In this document: piece after piece, positions 1-8,909 of the stretch
Layout of the letters: each line of letters opens with the position of its first letter
Numbering within the stretch: position 1 is the stretch's first letter
From: Rickettsiales bacterium
Lineage (GTDB): Bacteria > Pseudomonadota > Alphaproteobacteria > Rickettsiales > UBA998
Reading direction: 5' to 3'
Length of the DNA: 64,000 nucleotides
Assembly: GCA_041749475.1 (NCBI GenBank)
Contig: JBGTBD010000002.1
Span: 48,417 to 112,416 of the forward strand
Notes under the pieces: generated by a model
What the model saw: the letters and a program-made list of their open reading frames with translations, nothing else
Databases searched by the model: none
Told to the model about the DNA's origin: nothing
Position numbers and translations under genes: made by a program

Positions 1-453
1 CATCGCCGCTTCGAGGAGTTCGATAGCGCGGGCGGTATCCTGCGTCACCCCGTCGCCGCGCAGCAATAATACGCCGAGGCCGAATTGGGCTTCCGGTGTG
101 ACTGGAGAAGATTTATCGACGAGGATCGCTTCGTAGAGTTTTGCAGCCGTGGCGGGGTCGGCGGGTACGGAGTTGTTGCCTTCCGTATAAAGGATTGCGA
201 GACGGTAGAGTTCGGAGGCGGGGATGCCCGCCGTCTTGCCGTCCCATTTCGTCCAGTCCCGTTCGGGCGAAAGGATGCCGGGAATTTTTTTGCAGATTTT
301 CTCGATGTCGAGCTTCGGCGGTTCGATGGGTTTGGGGTCGGCGGCGTAGGCAGTATTCGCCAACACCAGCGTCATCGCCGCGCCACAGCACCACCCGCGC
401 AGCCCGGCGAAGCGGGATGAGGGGATGGTGCGATGTGGCGAGATGCTTTGCAT
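1..453 (-). CDS. Sel1-repeat (TPR-like) secreted protein; 3' end runs off the window
   Basis: My own minus-strand translation from the ATG at 453-451 gives MQSISPHRT...GAAMTLVLANTAYA (signal-like). It continues with LYRLAILYTEGNNSVPADPATAAKLYEAIL and AQFGLGVLLLRGDGVTQDTARAIELLEAA, which are Sel1-type repeats. The frame stays open to position 1. It is absent from the ORF track because it is truncated. Confidence 0.6.
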   Translation of the reverse strand, partial: MQSISPHRTIPSSRFAGLRGWCCGAAMTLVLANTAYAADPKPIEPPKLDIEKICKKIPGILSPERDWTKWDGKTAGIPASELYRLAILYTEGNNSVPADPATAAKLYEAILVDKSSPVTPEAQFGLGVLLLRGDGVTQDTARAIELLEAAM

Positions 454-458
454 CTAGA

Positions 459-1106
459 CTAACGCTGAACCGCGTTTTCCTGCATCAGCGTGACGGGCTT
501 CTCAGCCGTTCCCGCTAATACGAAGGTCGTGCCAGTACGGCGTTTCAGTTCTACGCCGGGGAAGCTTTTGACTTCCTTGTCACCCGCTTTGATGACAAGC
601 GATAGGGTCAGCGGATTAACTTCGCGCGCGCCGCCTTTTCCGGGGGCTGTGCTAGCCACGATATCCGCTTTATGTTCGCTGGCGAACAAGGATGCCGACG
701 GTACGGTGGAGAGGTTATAGAAATAAACCACCGATTTCGCCGGGTTGGAAATAATCGCATCAGGCAATACGGTTAGGGTGGGTTTGCCTTCGGCGCGTTG
801 CAGGGCAAGCGTGTAATACTTACCCGCTTCGACTTTCACGGGGAAGGAGGCTTCGCCCAGCTTCATCGTGTAGTCGTTTGCTTTCAGCACATAATACGGC
901 GAGATGGCAGGTGAAGCGAGATCCTTGAAGGAAACGGAGCCGACGCTGGTGGATAGCTTCGTCGCATCGCCCGTGGCGTTGATCAGGCGTACGAAGGCGG
1001 AATCCGCAGGCGGAGCCGGATCATAAAGTTCCTGATCGTTCGCGAGGGCGGGCGTGGCCAGCCCCAGCATCGCGAATAGTAGCGTAAGTTTTTTAACGAG
1101 TGACAT
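459..1106 (-). CDS. algF: AlgF-like periplasmic polysaccharide O-acetylation protein
   Basis: 215 aa with a signal peptide (LLFAMLGLATPALA). The motif LYDPAPPADSAFVRLINA and the overall size match my memory of alginate O-acetylation protein AlgF. It lies directly downstream of an AlgX/AlgJ-like gene. Confidence 0.55.
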   Translation of the reverse strand: MSLVKKLTLLFAMLGLATPALANDQELYDPAPPADSAFVRLINATGDATKLSTSVGSVSFKDLASPAISPYYVLKANDYTMKLGEASFPVKVEAGKYYTLALQRAEGKPTLTVLPDAIISNPAKSVVYFYNLSTVPSASLFASEHKADIVASTAPGKGGAREVNPLTLSLVIKAGDKEVKSFPGVELKRRTGTTFVLAGTAEKPVTLMQENAVQR

Positions 1107-1112
1107 GATTCC

Positions 1113-2495
1113 TCACTTTGGTTTGGTTGGTGTTGACGTGGTGCAAAGACGCGCGGTGAGCGACGTATTTACGTTGGAAAGCTGTTGGATGTGAACTTCC
1201 TTCAAGTTGCTGGAGATTTCGTCATCCAGCTCCACGAAGAAGCGGCCCGTATTGTTGAAATGTTCCGAACGGTCGACCTGGAACCATTCCCCATCGCCAT
1301 CATCGTAATCCAGTTGCAGCGTGAACTTCGCGAGACCACGGTTCGACGATTCGACATAAATATAATAGTGGCTTCCGGATATTTTTTGTGCCGGATCAAG
1401 CGGGAAGAGGAGGCCGCCTTCGCCTTTCTTGACGTCCAGCGTACCCGACGCGATGGCCTTTTCGGGTCCGCAATCCCCGGCGATGGCAGGGAGAATCTGG
1501 CGGAAGAAGGGAGTGGAATTTTGGTTGAGGTCGTATATCCCCGGGGCTTCCCAGATGAGGAACGGGGGATTGGCGCCTGCGAAATCGGGAGAGGCGGTGT
1601 AGGAGACGATCGCGTTGAAGAGGAGTCCGGCGGAGAGGGCGTAGTTGGCGATTTCCATCCCCGTTGCTTCCGACAGGAACCCGTCGAAATTGAAGTTCGC
1701 CTGCGCGCTGAAGCTGGAGCCGACGAGGACGGTGGGGTCTGCCCCGGCGCTGTCACCGAACAGCGCATCCTCACCACTGCCCGCCGCGGCTTGCAGACGG
1801 GTCTCGAACTCGGGGTAAGGTTCAGAAGGGATCTGGCTGGAGCAGAGGCGCTGTATCTCGTTGGCCATCGTGTGGCGCATCTCCAGCTTGCCCGTTTCAG
1901 TGGTTTGATAGGTGGCGGGTTTGAGGGCTTTATAGGCGGGGTCGTCCTTCAAGGCGGCAGCGATGGCTTCTGCGGCCTGACGTGCGCCGAAGGGAGTCCA
2001 GTGGTGATCGCGTTTGAAGAAAAAGGGCGTCTTGGTATCGGGTGCGTCTGTCGATAGTTTCATCAGGTCGGGAACGAGCATTCCTGTGGCGCGTAATTTT
2101 GCGAGCATTTCCTGATAGGATGTTTCTACTTCTTTCACCGCGTAGTTGGATTGGGCGGGTTGAGTGTCGTCAAAAAAGGCCTGACCTGCGATGCCGCGCG
2201 GGGGAACGGAGAGGAAGACCATCTGCGTGCCGCGTACTTTCATCGCTTCGGCGAGGCGCGTCATGTACCGCGCCGCTTCGGGCATCAGGTCATAATCTTC
2301 CTTGAGATCGCCGCTGATACGGAAGAACCAGCCGTTCATACCTTGGGTCATTTCCGCCATGGTGCGTTTCTGCGCGTTGGCCAAATCGGGGCACTGGTAG
2401 AGGACTTGATCGGCGGACGCAACGCTGCCGATGCTTGCGGTGGCAAGACAGGTATATAGAAAGAGGCAGGAGCGGGTGATACGCAGCATGTTCAT
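1113..2495 (-). CDS. AlgX/AlgJ-family SGNH-like polysaccharide O-acetyltransferase
   Basis: 460 aa with a signal peptide. It carries the KRDHHWTPFGA (DHHW) motif typical of AlgJ/AlgX. An extra C-terminal ~120 aa fits an AlgX-type carbohydrate-binding module. Confidence 0.65.
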   Translation of the reverse strand: MNMLRITRSCLFLYTCLATASIGSVASADQVLYQCPDLANAQKRTMAEMTQGMNGWFFRISGDLKEDYDLMPEAARYMTRLAEAMKVRGTQMVFLSVPPRGIAGQAFFDDTQPAQSNYAVKEVETSYQEMLAKLRATGMLVPDLMKLSTDAPDTKTPFFFKRDHHWTPFGARQAAEAIAAALKDDPAYKALKPATYQTTETGKLEMRHTMANEIQRLCSSQIPSEPYPEFETRLQAAAGSGEDALFGDSAGADPTVLVGSSFSAQANFNFDGFLSEATGMEIANYALSAGLLFNAIVSYTASPDFAGANPPFLIWEAPGIYDLNQNSTPFFRQILPAIAGDCGPEKAIASGTLDVKKGEGGLLFPLDPAQKISGSHYYIYVESSNRGLAKFTLQLDYDDGDGEWFQVDRSEHFNNTGRFFVELDDEISSNLKEVHIQQLSNVNTSLTARLCTTSTPTKPK

Positions 2496-2531
2496 GTCCA
2501 GGATTTTGCTTAGAGGGGATTGGCCATCAAG

Positions 2532-5222
2532 TCAATTCGTGGCCGGGGGAATACGAGGGGACGGTTCGTGGTCACGAGTGATGGTATCGGGTGTGGCAAA
2601 TAAGGAAAGCTGGTGCGGACTGATGCCATCCTGCCGGAAATTATCGATAAATCGGTGTTCGCGCAGATGTTCGACAGCTTTGCGGGCGAGTTCAAAGCGG
2701 GCGTGGGGTTCGTCCGGTGAGGTGATCTGTTCGCTGAATAATACCGCTTCATCGGGTTTAGGCCCATGGACTAGCAATGATACGTTATAGATACGCTGAT
2801 GCGTTGTACCGTTCTGTTTCTCGGAGGTGAAGCGGATGGTAAGCTGGTGATCCTTTTCAGCCTCATGCAGCACTTTGATGGGGTCTTCGGGGATGGTGTA
2901 ATCGACGATGATGTCTTTGGGCATCAATTGTTCGACCTCGGGTTTGCCGAGCAGGTTGCGCGCGGCGCGGGCAAGGGCGTCTTCCATTGAGAGCAGCGAG
3001 TTTTTACGACACCATAATGCGCCCGCGGCGCGGTATTTTTCACCGCGTTCCGGGGTTCCGGCGATGAGGCGGGCGATGGTATCACCACTTAATGTGATGG
3101 ATGCGCTGAAACCGCGTTCCACTTCTGTATCGCCGAGACGCGGCTCGGTGCGGCGGTTGCCGTTCCATTCACTCTGGGTGATGTGGTAATGGATGTCGTT
3201 CTTCTGCGCGATGTCGAGCAGCAGATCGACCGGGTACATAACGCGGCGGATGGAGGCGGCCATCGTATCCGGCAACGGCACATCTTGAATGGGAACCAGC
3301 GCATGGTTCGCCAGCGATTCGAGGAACTGGTAGCGCGACATAGCACGCGCAAGAGCGGCGTGGCCCTCGGGCATGGTGACGTAGGAAGGGGAGGCCAGCA
3401 CCTCATCCTTCAATTTCGCAACGCAGAGCGAGGCATGCAGCGGATGGCTGGCGATGTCGAGCAGGTTCTGGTTTTCCATCACGATAGAGAATTTCCCTTC
3501 GAACATTTCCTGGATGTTATCCAGCACATCATCGACACTGCCCGCATCAAATTTCAATTCGTCGAGCACCAGTTTTTTCAACTGCCGCCAATAGCCTTTT
3601 TGGGTGTGATCCTGCTCCTCATAGGCGGTTTCGCTATCATCCGGGGCATAAGCGAGGATGCTGGCATAGGTGACGATAGGGCGGATGCCTTTATGTTCCT
3701 CGATACGCGCGCGGATCTCGTTGAACAATGCGCCGTTGATCTGCCCGGTGATGGCGGCACGTTTAATGAGGGTGGTGAATTCTTCGCTTCCGGCGGCGGC
3801 GAGGATGTCGGGGTCGGGGTGTTGCATGACGCGGCGTAGCCAGCTGTCGATACGTTCTTTGCTGAGGCGCTTTTTCTCCTCCTGCGGGACGTGGAGGACG
3901 TGGTTCAGATGTTCGGAGATCTGTTGCAGATCGGAGATGCGGTATGGTAGTGCGACGGGTGGTGAATCCAGCAATCCTTCGGCCATGGTTGTGAGTGCGG
4001 AAGAATCGGGAGCTGCGATTCCTGCCGCAGTGGCACAGTGTTCCGTGACATCTTTTATCAGCGCGATAGTGGCAGGGCGTAATGCTTCCTTATCCGGCGG
4101 GGCGGCGGCATGGTATTCGTAGATCGGGCGGGTGAGTTTGCCGCCTTCCTGCCAGAGATGCTCGTGCAAATTCTGTCGGTTTTCTTCTGTGACGGCCAAT
4201 GTGGATTCGACCGTGGAGAGCATACCGAGTGCGTAGCTCATCATTTTCTGGTTGACGATATCGACATAGCGGCGCAGAGGCGAGGTCGTATGGGCGTAGG
4301 CTTTGCTGCCAACCCCTTCATGGCCGTGGCAGGTCGCCTGATACTGGGCGCGGATGCTAATGAAGTCGTTGATCTTCTGACGGGTGGCGGAACGGGTTGC
4401 TTCGTCATCGGCGCGGAGCTGATGGACGTCGAACCGGATAGGTAATCTGCCGATTTCGTAGTCGGGGACATCGGGGCCGTGGTTGCGGTAGATCAGCGGC
4501 AGGCCGTTTGCATTCGCCCATTCAGCGATGGCGGTGTTGCCGAGGATCATGGTTTCCTGGATCATGCGGTGGACTTTATGCAGGCCCGGTTGGCTGGGTT
4601 TCCAGCTGCCGACCGTGCCTTCCAGCCCAACGTCCAGCCCGGTCAGGCTATCGCTATGGATACGCTGCGTCACCTGTTCGCGGTGATGGCGCAATTGCTG
4701 CATGCGGTCGGCCATCACGCCTAGCGGGTGTGTGGGGTCTTCCATGCGTTTCGCCGCTTCCTGATGGACAAGGGATTGCACGGTGACGCGCGAACGTGAC
4801 AGGCTCGTGCCGATGATGTTGCCTTTGCGGGAAAGGTGGACGCTGGTGACCAGAGCGTTGCGTTCTCCGTCCCACAGACCGATATCTTCATACCAATGCG
4901 ATTCCAGCATGGGGATGTAGGAGGGCATGTAATTGGATTCACCGCGACGAGCGGCTTGCTTGTCGGAAAGACTACCGAGAGGGATGGCAGTGCTATCCAC
5001 TACGGCGACATGCAGCATCGTCGTTCCGTCGGGCAGGGTTTCCATGGCCACCGCATCATCCGGGTCCCGGTAGGTGCGGTGCGTGTCTTCGCTGTCGATG
5101 GCGTAGAAGGTAAGGTGGGAAAGGGCGGTGGAAAGGGGATGGCCCGATGGGGCTGGCGCGAGGGTATGGGCTTCGTTGCCGCCTCTACCTTGCATATTTC
5201 CTGCTCCGACCCATGGATGCAT
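2532..5222 (-). CDS. RNB-domain exoribonuclease (RNase II/R family) with a long C-terminal extension
   Basis: 896 aa. RNB motifs are present: FYAIDSEDTHRTYRDPDDAV and HTTSPLRRYVDIVNQ. No recognisable cold-shock or S1 motifs were seen by eye. About 450 aa after the RNB domain are unassigned. Confidence 0.75.
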   Translation of the reverse strand: MHPWVGAGNMQGRGGNEAHTLAPAPSGHPLSTALSHLTFYAIDSEDTHRTYRDPDDAVAMETLPDGTTMLHVAVVDSTAIPLGSLSDKQAARRGESNYMPSYIPMLESHWYEDIGLWDGERNALVTSVHLSRKGNIIGTSLSRSRVTVQSLVHQEAAKRMEDPTHPLGVMADRMQQLRHHREQVTQRIHSDSLTGLDVGLEGTVGSWKPSQPGLHKVHRMIQETMILGNTAIAEWANANGLPLIYRNHGPDVPDYEIGRLPIRFDVHQLRADDEATRSATRQKINDFISIRAQYQATCHGHEGVGSKAYAHTTSPLRRYVDIVNQKMMSYALGMLSTVESTLAVTEENRQNLHEHLWQEGGKLTRPIYEYHAAAPPDKEALRPATIALIKDVTEHCATAAGIAAPDSSALTTMAEGLLDSPPVALPYRISDLQQISEHLNHVLHVPQEEKKRLSKERIDSWLRRVMQHPDPDILAAAGSEEFTTLIKRAAITGQINGALFNEIRARIEEHKGIRPIVTYASILAYAPDDSETAYEEQDHTQKGYWRQLKKLVLDELKFDAGSVDDVLDNIQEMFEGKFSIVMENQNLLDIASHPLHASLCVAKLKDEVLASPSYVTMPEGHAALARAMSRYQFLESLANHALVPIQDVPLPDTMAASIRRVMYPVDLLLDIAQKNDIHYHITQSEWNGNRRTEPRLGDTEVERGFSASITLSGDTIARLIAGTPERGEKYRAAGALWCRKNSLLSMEDALARAARNLLGKPEVEQLMPKDIIVDYTIPEDPIKVLHEAEKDHQLTIRFTSEKQNGTTHQRIYNVSLLVHGPKPDEAVLFSEQITSPDEPHARFELARKAVEHLREHRFIDNFRQDGISPHQLSLFATPDTITRDHEPSPRIPPATN

Positions 5223-5344
5223 GATAGCCTATTTTCCTTGTAAAAGCACGCATTTGAGATAAAATTAACAGGCTTACCGTAAATGATTAACAGCATCTTA
5301 AGAGTGCTGGGGTATAGTCAATAAAAGATAACGAGGAGAACAGT

Positions 5345-5746
5345 ATGAGCGCAGTCACCGGAATCGCCCTAAGCGGCCTTAATGCTGCCAGTCTCCGTCT
5401 TGCCAACAGCGCCAATAACGTCGCCAATGCGAATAGTACCTCCCGCACCGTGAATGGTGAAAAAGTGGAAGGGGCTTACCGCGCGACGGATGTGGTACAG
5501 ACCAGTGTTTCCCCGCAGGCAGGTGTTAGCGCCTCCGTCCGTGAACGTGATCCGGCGACGACGCAGGTCTATGCGCCCGATAGCGCGGAAGCGGATGCGA
5601 ACGGCCTGCTGGAAATCCCCAATGTCGATCTCGCGCAGGAAATCGCCGGGGAACAGATTCCTGCGGCGTATAATTTCAAAGCCAATCTGAAAGTCCTCGA
5701 AGCGGAGGATGAGATGATGGATAGTTTGTTGGATATTACAGCGTAG
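5345..5746 (+). CDS. flgC: FlgC-like flagellar proximal rod protein (orphan)
   Basis: 133 aa. It is co-linear with E. coli FlgC (134 aa) as I remember it: N-terminal LSGLNAASLRLANSANNVANANST, then YRATDVV, then a C-terminal ADANGLLEIPNVDLAQEI...YNFKANLKVLEAEDEMMDSLLDI. A GAGGAG RBS lies upstream. Confidence 0.7.
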   Translation: MSAVTGIALSGLNAASLRLANSANNVANANSTSRTVNGEKVEGAYRATDVVQTSVSPQAGVSASVRERDPATTQVYAPDSAEADANGLLEIPNVDLAQEIAGEQIPAAYNFKANLKVLEAEDEMMDSLLDITA

Positions 5747-5748
5747 TA

Positions 5749-6633
5749 TTAACGCGCTGCCGCTGCCTTTTGCTCACGCTCTACACCACCTCTATCATGT
5801 ATTGTTCCCCTGCTTTCCACTGGAGACTTAATTCCTCTGGCAGGCTCCTCAAAAACTGGCTCTACTTTTACCACTCTATTTCCCTCAAATGTCGCGCCGA
5901 GAAAGTAGGTGGGAGAATCATAAAAAGAGCAGCCGGTGATATGAAATTTCTTCGCATTAAACATCTGGCCAGTCATAGGATTGTCCGGGTGGATATGCCC
6001 AAAAAATACATCGGTGATAGTGTTGTATGTCTCTCTAAGGTTAGTGCGACATTTAGTGGCAATCTCTTTGATTTTTGTTAGTTCAAATCCTTCATCTTGT
6101 CTCTCAAAGAACGAGCTTGCCCTTATTTTGCGCTTCATTCTCATTTCCTTTGGTGTGCGAGTGGAATGGTCATGGAAGTCTCCATGTACAAAAAGAGCTT
6201 CACCCATGCGCAAGGCGTCGCATACGATAAATCGATCTCCGAATTGGCGGTGCAGCAATTCCATTGCATGAAGAAATCCATGATCCCGGTCATGATTGCC
6301 GATGACAAATATTACTTTCGCTTCTGGGTTTATTGTCAGTAGTTTTTCGACTTTATTTTTTACTTTGCGAGTATGGGAGGTTCTTTTTTGGCTGCCGGAG
6401 TAAGGTTCACGATCTGTTAGGTCCCCGTTGATAACCAGTACATCGAAGCGTTTTTCACGTAATCCAGCTTCGATAAATTCCCAACCAGGTTGATAAAGCG
6501 CATCATCATGCCCCATATGCAGATCAGAAGTAATCAGCGCCCGTACATGGCCCTCGGATGGCATAGGAAGGTCATATACCCAAAACCGTTTTTCCCTGAG
6601 TGGGGTTGTAGAGTGAGCGCCATTCATTGTCAT
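5749..6633 (-). CDS. Calcineurin-like metallophosphoesterase
   Basis: 294 aa with the motifs DLHMGHDD, NGDLTD, GNHDRDH and VHGDFHDH. The gene looks AT-richer than its neighbours by eye. Confidence 0.7.
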   Translation of the reverse strand: MTMNGAHSTTPLREKRFWVYDLPMPSEGHVRALITSDLHMGHDDALYQPGWEFIEAGLREKRFDVLVINGDLTDREPYSGSQKRTSHTRKVKNKVEKLLTINPEAKVIFVIGNHDRDHGFLHAMELLHRQFGDRFIVCDALRMGEALFVHGDFHDHSTRTPKEMRMKRKIRASSFFERQDEGFELTKIKEIATKCRTNLRETYNTITDVFFGHIHPDNPMTGQMFNAKKFHITGCSFYDSPTYFLGATFEGNRVVKVEPVFEEPARGIKSPVESRGTIHDRGGVEREQKAAAAR

Positions 6634-6703
6634 GCGGCGTTATCTAACGCATGAATGCGTCAATTTCATGAAGCAAACCTTATGATGGGCTTGTTGGCCT
6701 TAT

Positions 6704-7255
6704 TTAGGCAGGTTCGACCGCGATTACTTCAGGAATATAATGTTTTAGCATGTTTTCGATACCCTGTTTCAGGGTCGCGGTGGAGGAGGGGCAGCCGGCA
6801 CAGGAGCCGTGCATTTCTAAGCGTACGATACCATCCACGAAGGAATGGAAAATAATGTCGCCCCCGTCCATCGCTACGGCGGGGCGGACGCGGGTTTCGA
6901 TTAATTCTTTGATTTCCTTGACGATTCCTTCGTCTTCAGCGGCGGCTTCAGCTGGCGAGGTGGCTTTCTTTTCCTTCAGAATGGGCATGCCGCTGACGAA
7001 GAAATCCATCACGGAGGAGAGGATGTGGGTCTTCAGCAGTGACCAATCTTCCTCTTCCGCCTTGGTGACGGTGATGAAATCGCCGCTCAGGAACACCGCA
7101 TTGACGCCTTTGACCGCGAACAGGCTATGCGCGAGGGGGGATTCCTCCGCCGTCTTCGCATCCGTGTAAAACTTCGTGCCCTGCGGTAGCACAAGCTGGC
7201 CGGGAACGAATTTCATCGTATTAGGATTCGGCGTCGATTCCGTCTGAATAAACAT
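6704..7255 (-). CDS. NifU/Nfu-family Fe-S cluster scaffold protein
   Basis: 183 aa. The N-terminus MFIQTESTPNPNTMKFVPG and the C-terminal CAGCPSS motif are typical of Nfu/NifU-like proteins. Confidence 0.85.
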   Translation of the reverse strand: MFIQTESTPNPNTMKFVPGQLVLPQGTKFYTDAKTAEESPLAHSLFAVKGVNAVFLSGDFITVTKAEEEDWSLLKTHILSSVMDFFVSGMPILKEKKATSPAEAAAEDEGIVKEIKELIETRVRPAVAMDGGDIIFHSFVDGIVRLEMHGSCAGCPSSTATLKQGIENMLKHYIPEVIAVEPA

Positions 7256-7382
7256 TTTTTTTCTACCTTTTTGCGTCGCCCGGTCTTGCGAATGGGGGAT
7301 TGGATGTGTATTTCCGACTTAAATAGTAAAGAATTACGTTCGGTGCAAGGGCTGTATTGGAGAATGACTAGATATTCTGCTC

Positions 7383-7471
7383 GTCATGGCCCGAATCACG
7401 CAGTGATTATAGGGCCATCCAGCCGTGCCATAGGACTGGATTCCCCTATAATTTTACGTGCGTAAAATTCG
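7383..7471. repeat. Palindromic element, family C
   Basis: GTCATGGCCCGAATCACGCAGTGATTATAGGGCCATCCA ... TGGATTCCCCTATAATTTTACGTGCGTAAAATTCGGGGAATGAC. Related copies lie at 26685 and 35034. Confidence 0.8.
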
Positions 7472-7488
7472 GGGAATGACGAAGAATA

Positions 7489-8844
7489 TTACGATTTCTT
7501 CTTATTCTTCGCCCGGGCGGCACGGAATTGTTTGGCCCAGCCGGATTTTTCGATGTGCATGGGGCGGGTCATGGCGAGGGCGTCTTGTCCTACGTTCTGG
7601 GTGATGGTGGAGCCTGCGCCAACCATCGCGCCTTGGCCTACTTCGACGGGGGCGACGAGGGAGGTGTTGGAGCCGATGAAGGCGTCATCGCCGATCTTGG
7701 TTTCATGTTTCTGGTAGCCGTCGTAATTACAGGTGACCGTGCCCGCGCCGATATTGACGTCACGCCCGATCTTGCTGTCGCCCAGATAGGAAAGATGGCT
7801 GGCTTGCGAGCCGTGGCCGAAGACGGAATTCTTGATCTCGACGAAGTTGCCGACTTTGTTCTCACCGGAGAGGTATGCACCGGGGCGGAGGCGCGCAAAG
7901 GGGCCAATGATGCATTCCTTGCCGATGAACGCGCCTTCGATATGGGAATAGGCGCGGATCTCGACGAAGTCTTCCACGGTGACGCCGGGGCCGAACCAGA
8001 CATGGGGCTGGATGGTGATGTCCTGCCCCAGTTTCGTATCGATGCAGAAATAGACCGTCTCAGGGTCGATCAGCGTGACGCCGTTTTCCATCGCGCGGGC
8101 GCGGAGGCGGTGTTGTAAAATATATTCGGCGCGGGCGAGTTCGGCGCGGGAGTTGATGCCGGTTAGTTCGTCCTCCCCTCCTTCGACGACGCCGCATGTC
8201 TGTCCGGCGTCATTGGCGATCTTCACAAGGTCGGTGAGATAATATTCGCCCTGAGCGTTCTTATTGTCGAGCTTGGCGAGGAAGGGGAATAACTGGCCAT
8301 TGCCGACGGCCATCATCCCGGCATTGACGAGCGGGATTTTTTTCTCCTCCTCTGATGCGTCCTTATATTCGATGATCGCTGTGAGGGTGCCGTCAGGGCT
8401 AAGTTTCAGGCGGCCATAGTGGGCAGGTTTCTTCGGGCGCATACCGAGTACGGAGACGGTATTTGTTGCGGTGGCGGATATCAGTTTCTGTAATGTCTCG
8501 GGGGTGATGAGGGGGCTGTCGGCGTAGAGGATCAGCACGTTGCCCTGATGGGCTCCGAGCGCGGGTTCCGCCGCGTGTACTGCGTCGCCCGTGCCGCGTT
8601 GTTCTTTCTGTATGGCAATGTGGATGCCGGGGGAGATGAGGTGGGCGAATTCCTGAACCTGCTCCATCCCCGGTGAGACGACCAGCACGGTCTTAACCGG
8701 GTTCAGGGATTTGGCGGTTTCCAGTGAATGGCGCAGCATCGGCCAGCCGGCGATAGGGTGCATCACCTTCGGCAGGGTCGATTTCATGCGCGTGCCCTTA
8801 CCGGCAGCGAGGATGACGATGGCGAGGGGTGCGGTAGCATTCAT
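7489..8844 (-). CDS. glmU: Bifunctional UDP-GlcNAc pyrophosphorylase / GlcN-1-P N-acetyltransferase
   Basis: 451 aa. N-terminus LAAGKGTRMKS, C-terminal hexapeptide-repeat region, typical length. Confidence 0.95.
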   Translation of the reverse strand: MNATAPLAIVILAAGKGTRMKSTLPKVMHPIAGWPMLRHSLETAKSLNPVKTVLVVSPGMEQVQEFAHLISPGIHIAIQKEQRGTGDAVHAAEPALGAHQGNVLILYADSPLITPETLQKLISATATNTVSVLGMRPKKPAHYGRLKLSPDGTLTAIIEYKDASEEEKKIPLVNAGMMAVGNGQLFPFLAKLDNKNAQGEYYLTDLVKIANDAGQTCGVVEGGEDELTGINSRAELARAEYILQHRLRARAMENGVTLIDPETVYFCIDTKLGQDITIQPHVWFGPGVTVEDFVEIRAYSHIEGAFIGKECIIGPFARLRPGAYLSGENKVGNFVEIKNSVFGHGSQASHLSYLGDSKIGRDVNIGAGTVTCNYDGYQKHETKIGDDAFIGSNTSLVAPVEVGQGAMVGAGSTITQNVGQDALAMTRPMHIEKSGWAKQFRAARAKNKKKS

Positions 8845-8909
8845 GTTTGCAGAACCTTTTCAGTATTCTATAGTCGTAAAACGTTCCCACTCACCCTGCA
8901 ATAGGAAAC

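Noticed and set aside
85-518. Plus-strand ORFs 85-420 and 141-518 (Arg/Gly-rich, 111-125 aa), and the minus-strand ORF 113-394.
   Set aside because: The peptides are low-complexity and Arg-rich, typical of off-frame reads in GC-rich DNA. The other minus-strand frame (1-453) gives a coherent signal peptide plus Sel1 repeats, so I annotate that frame instead.
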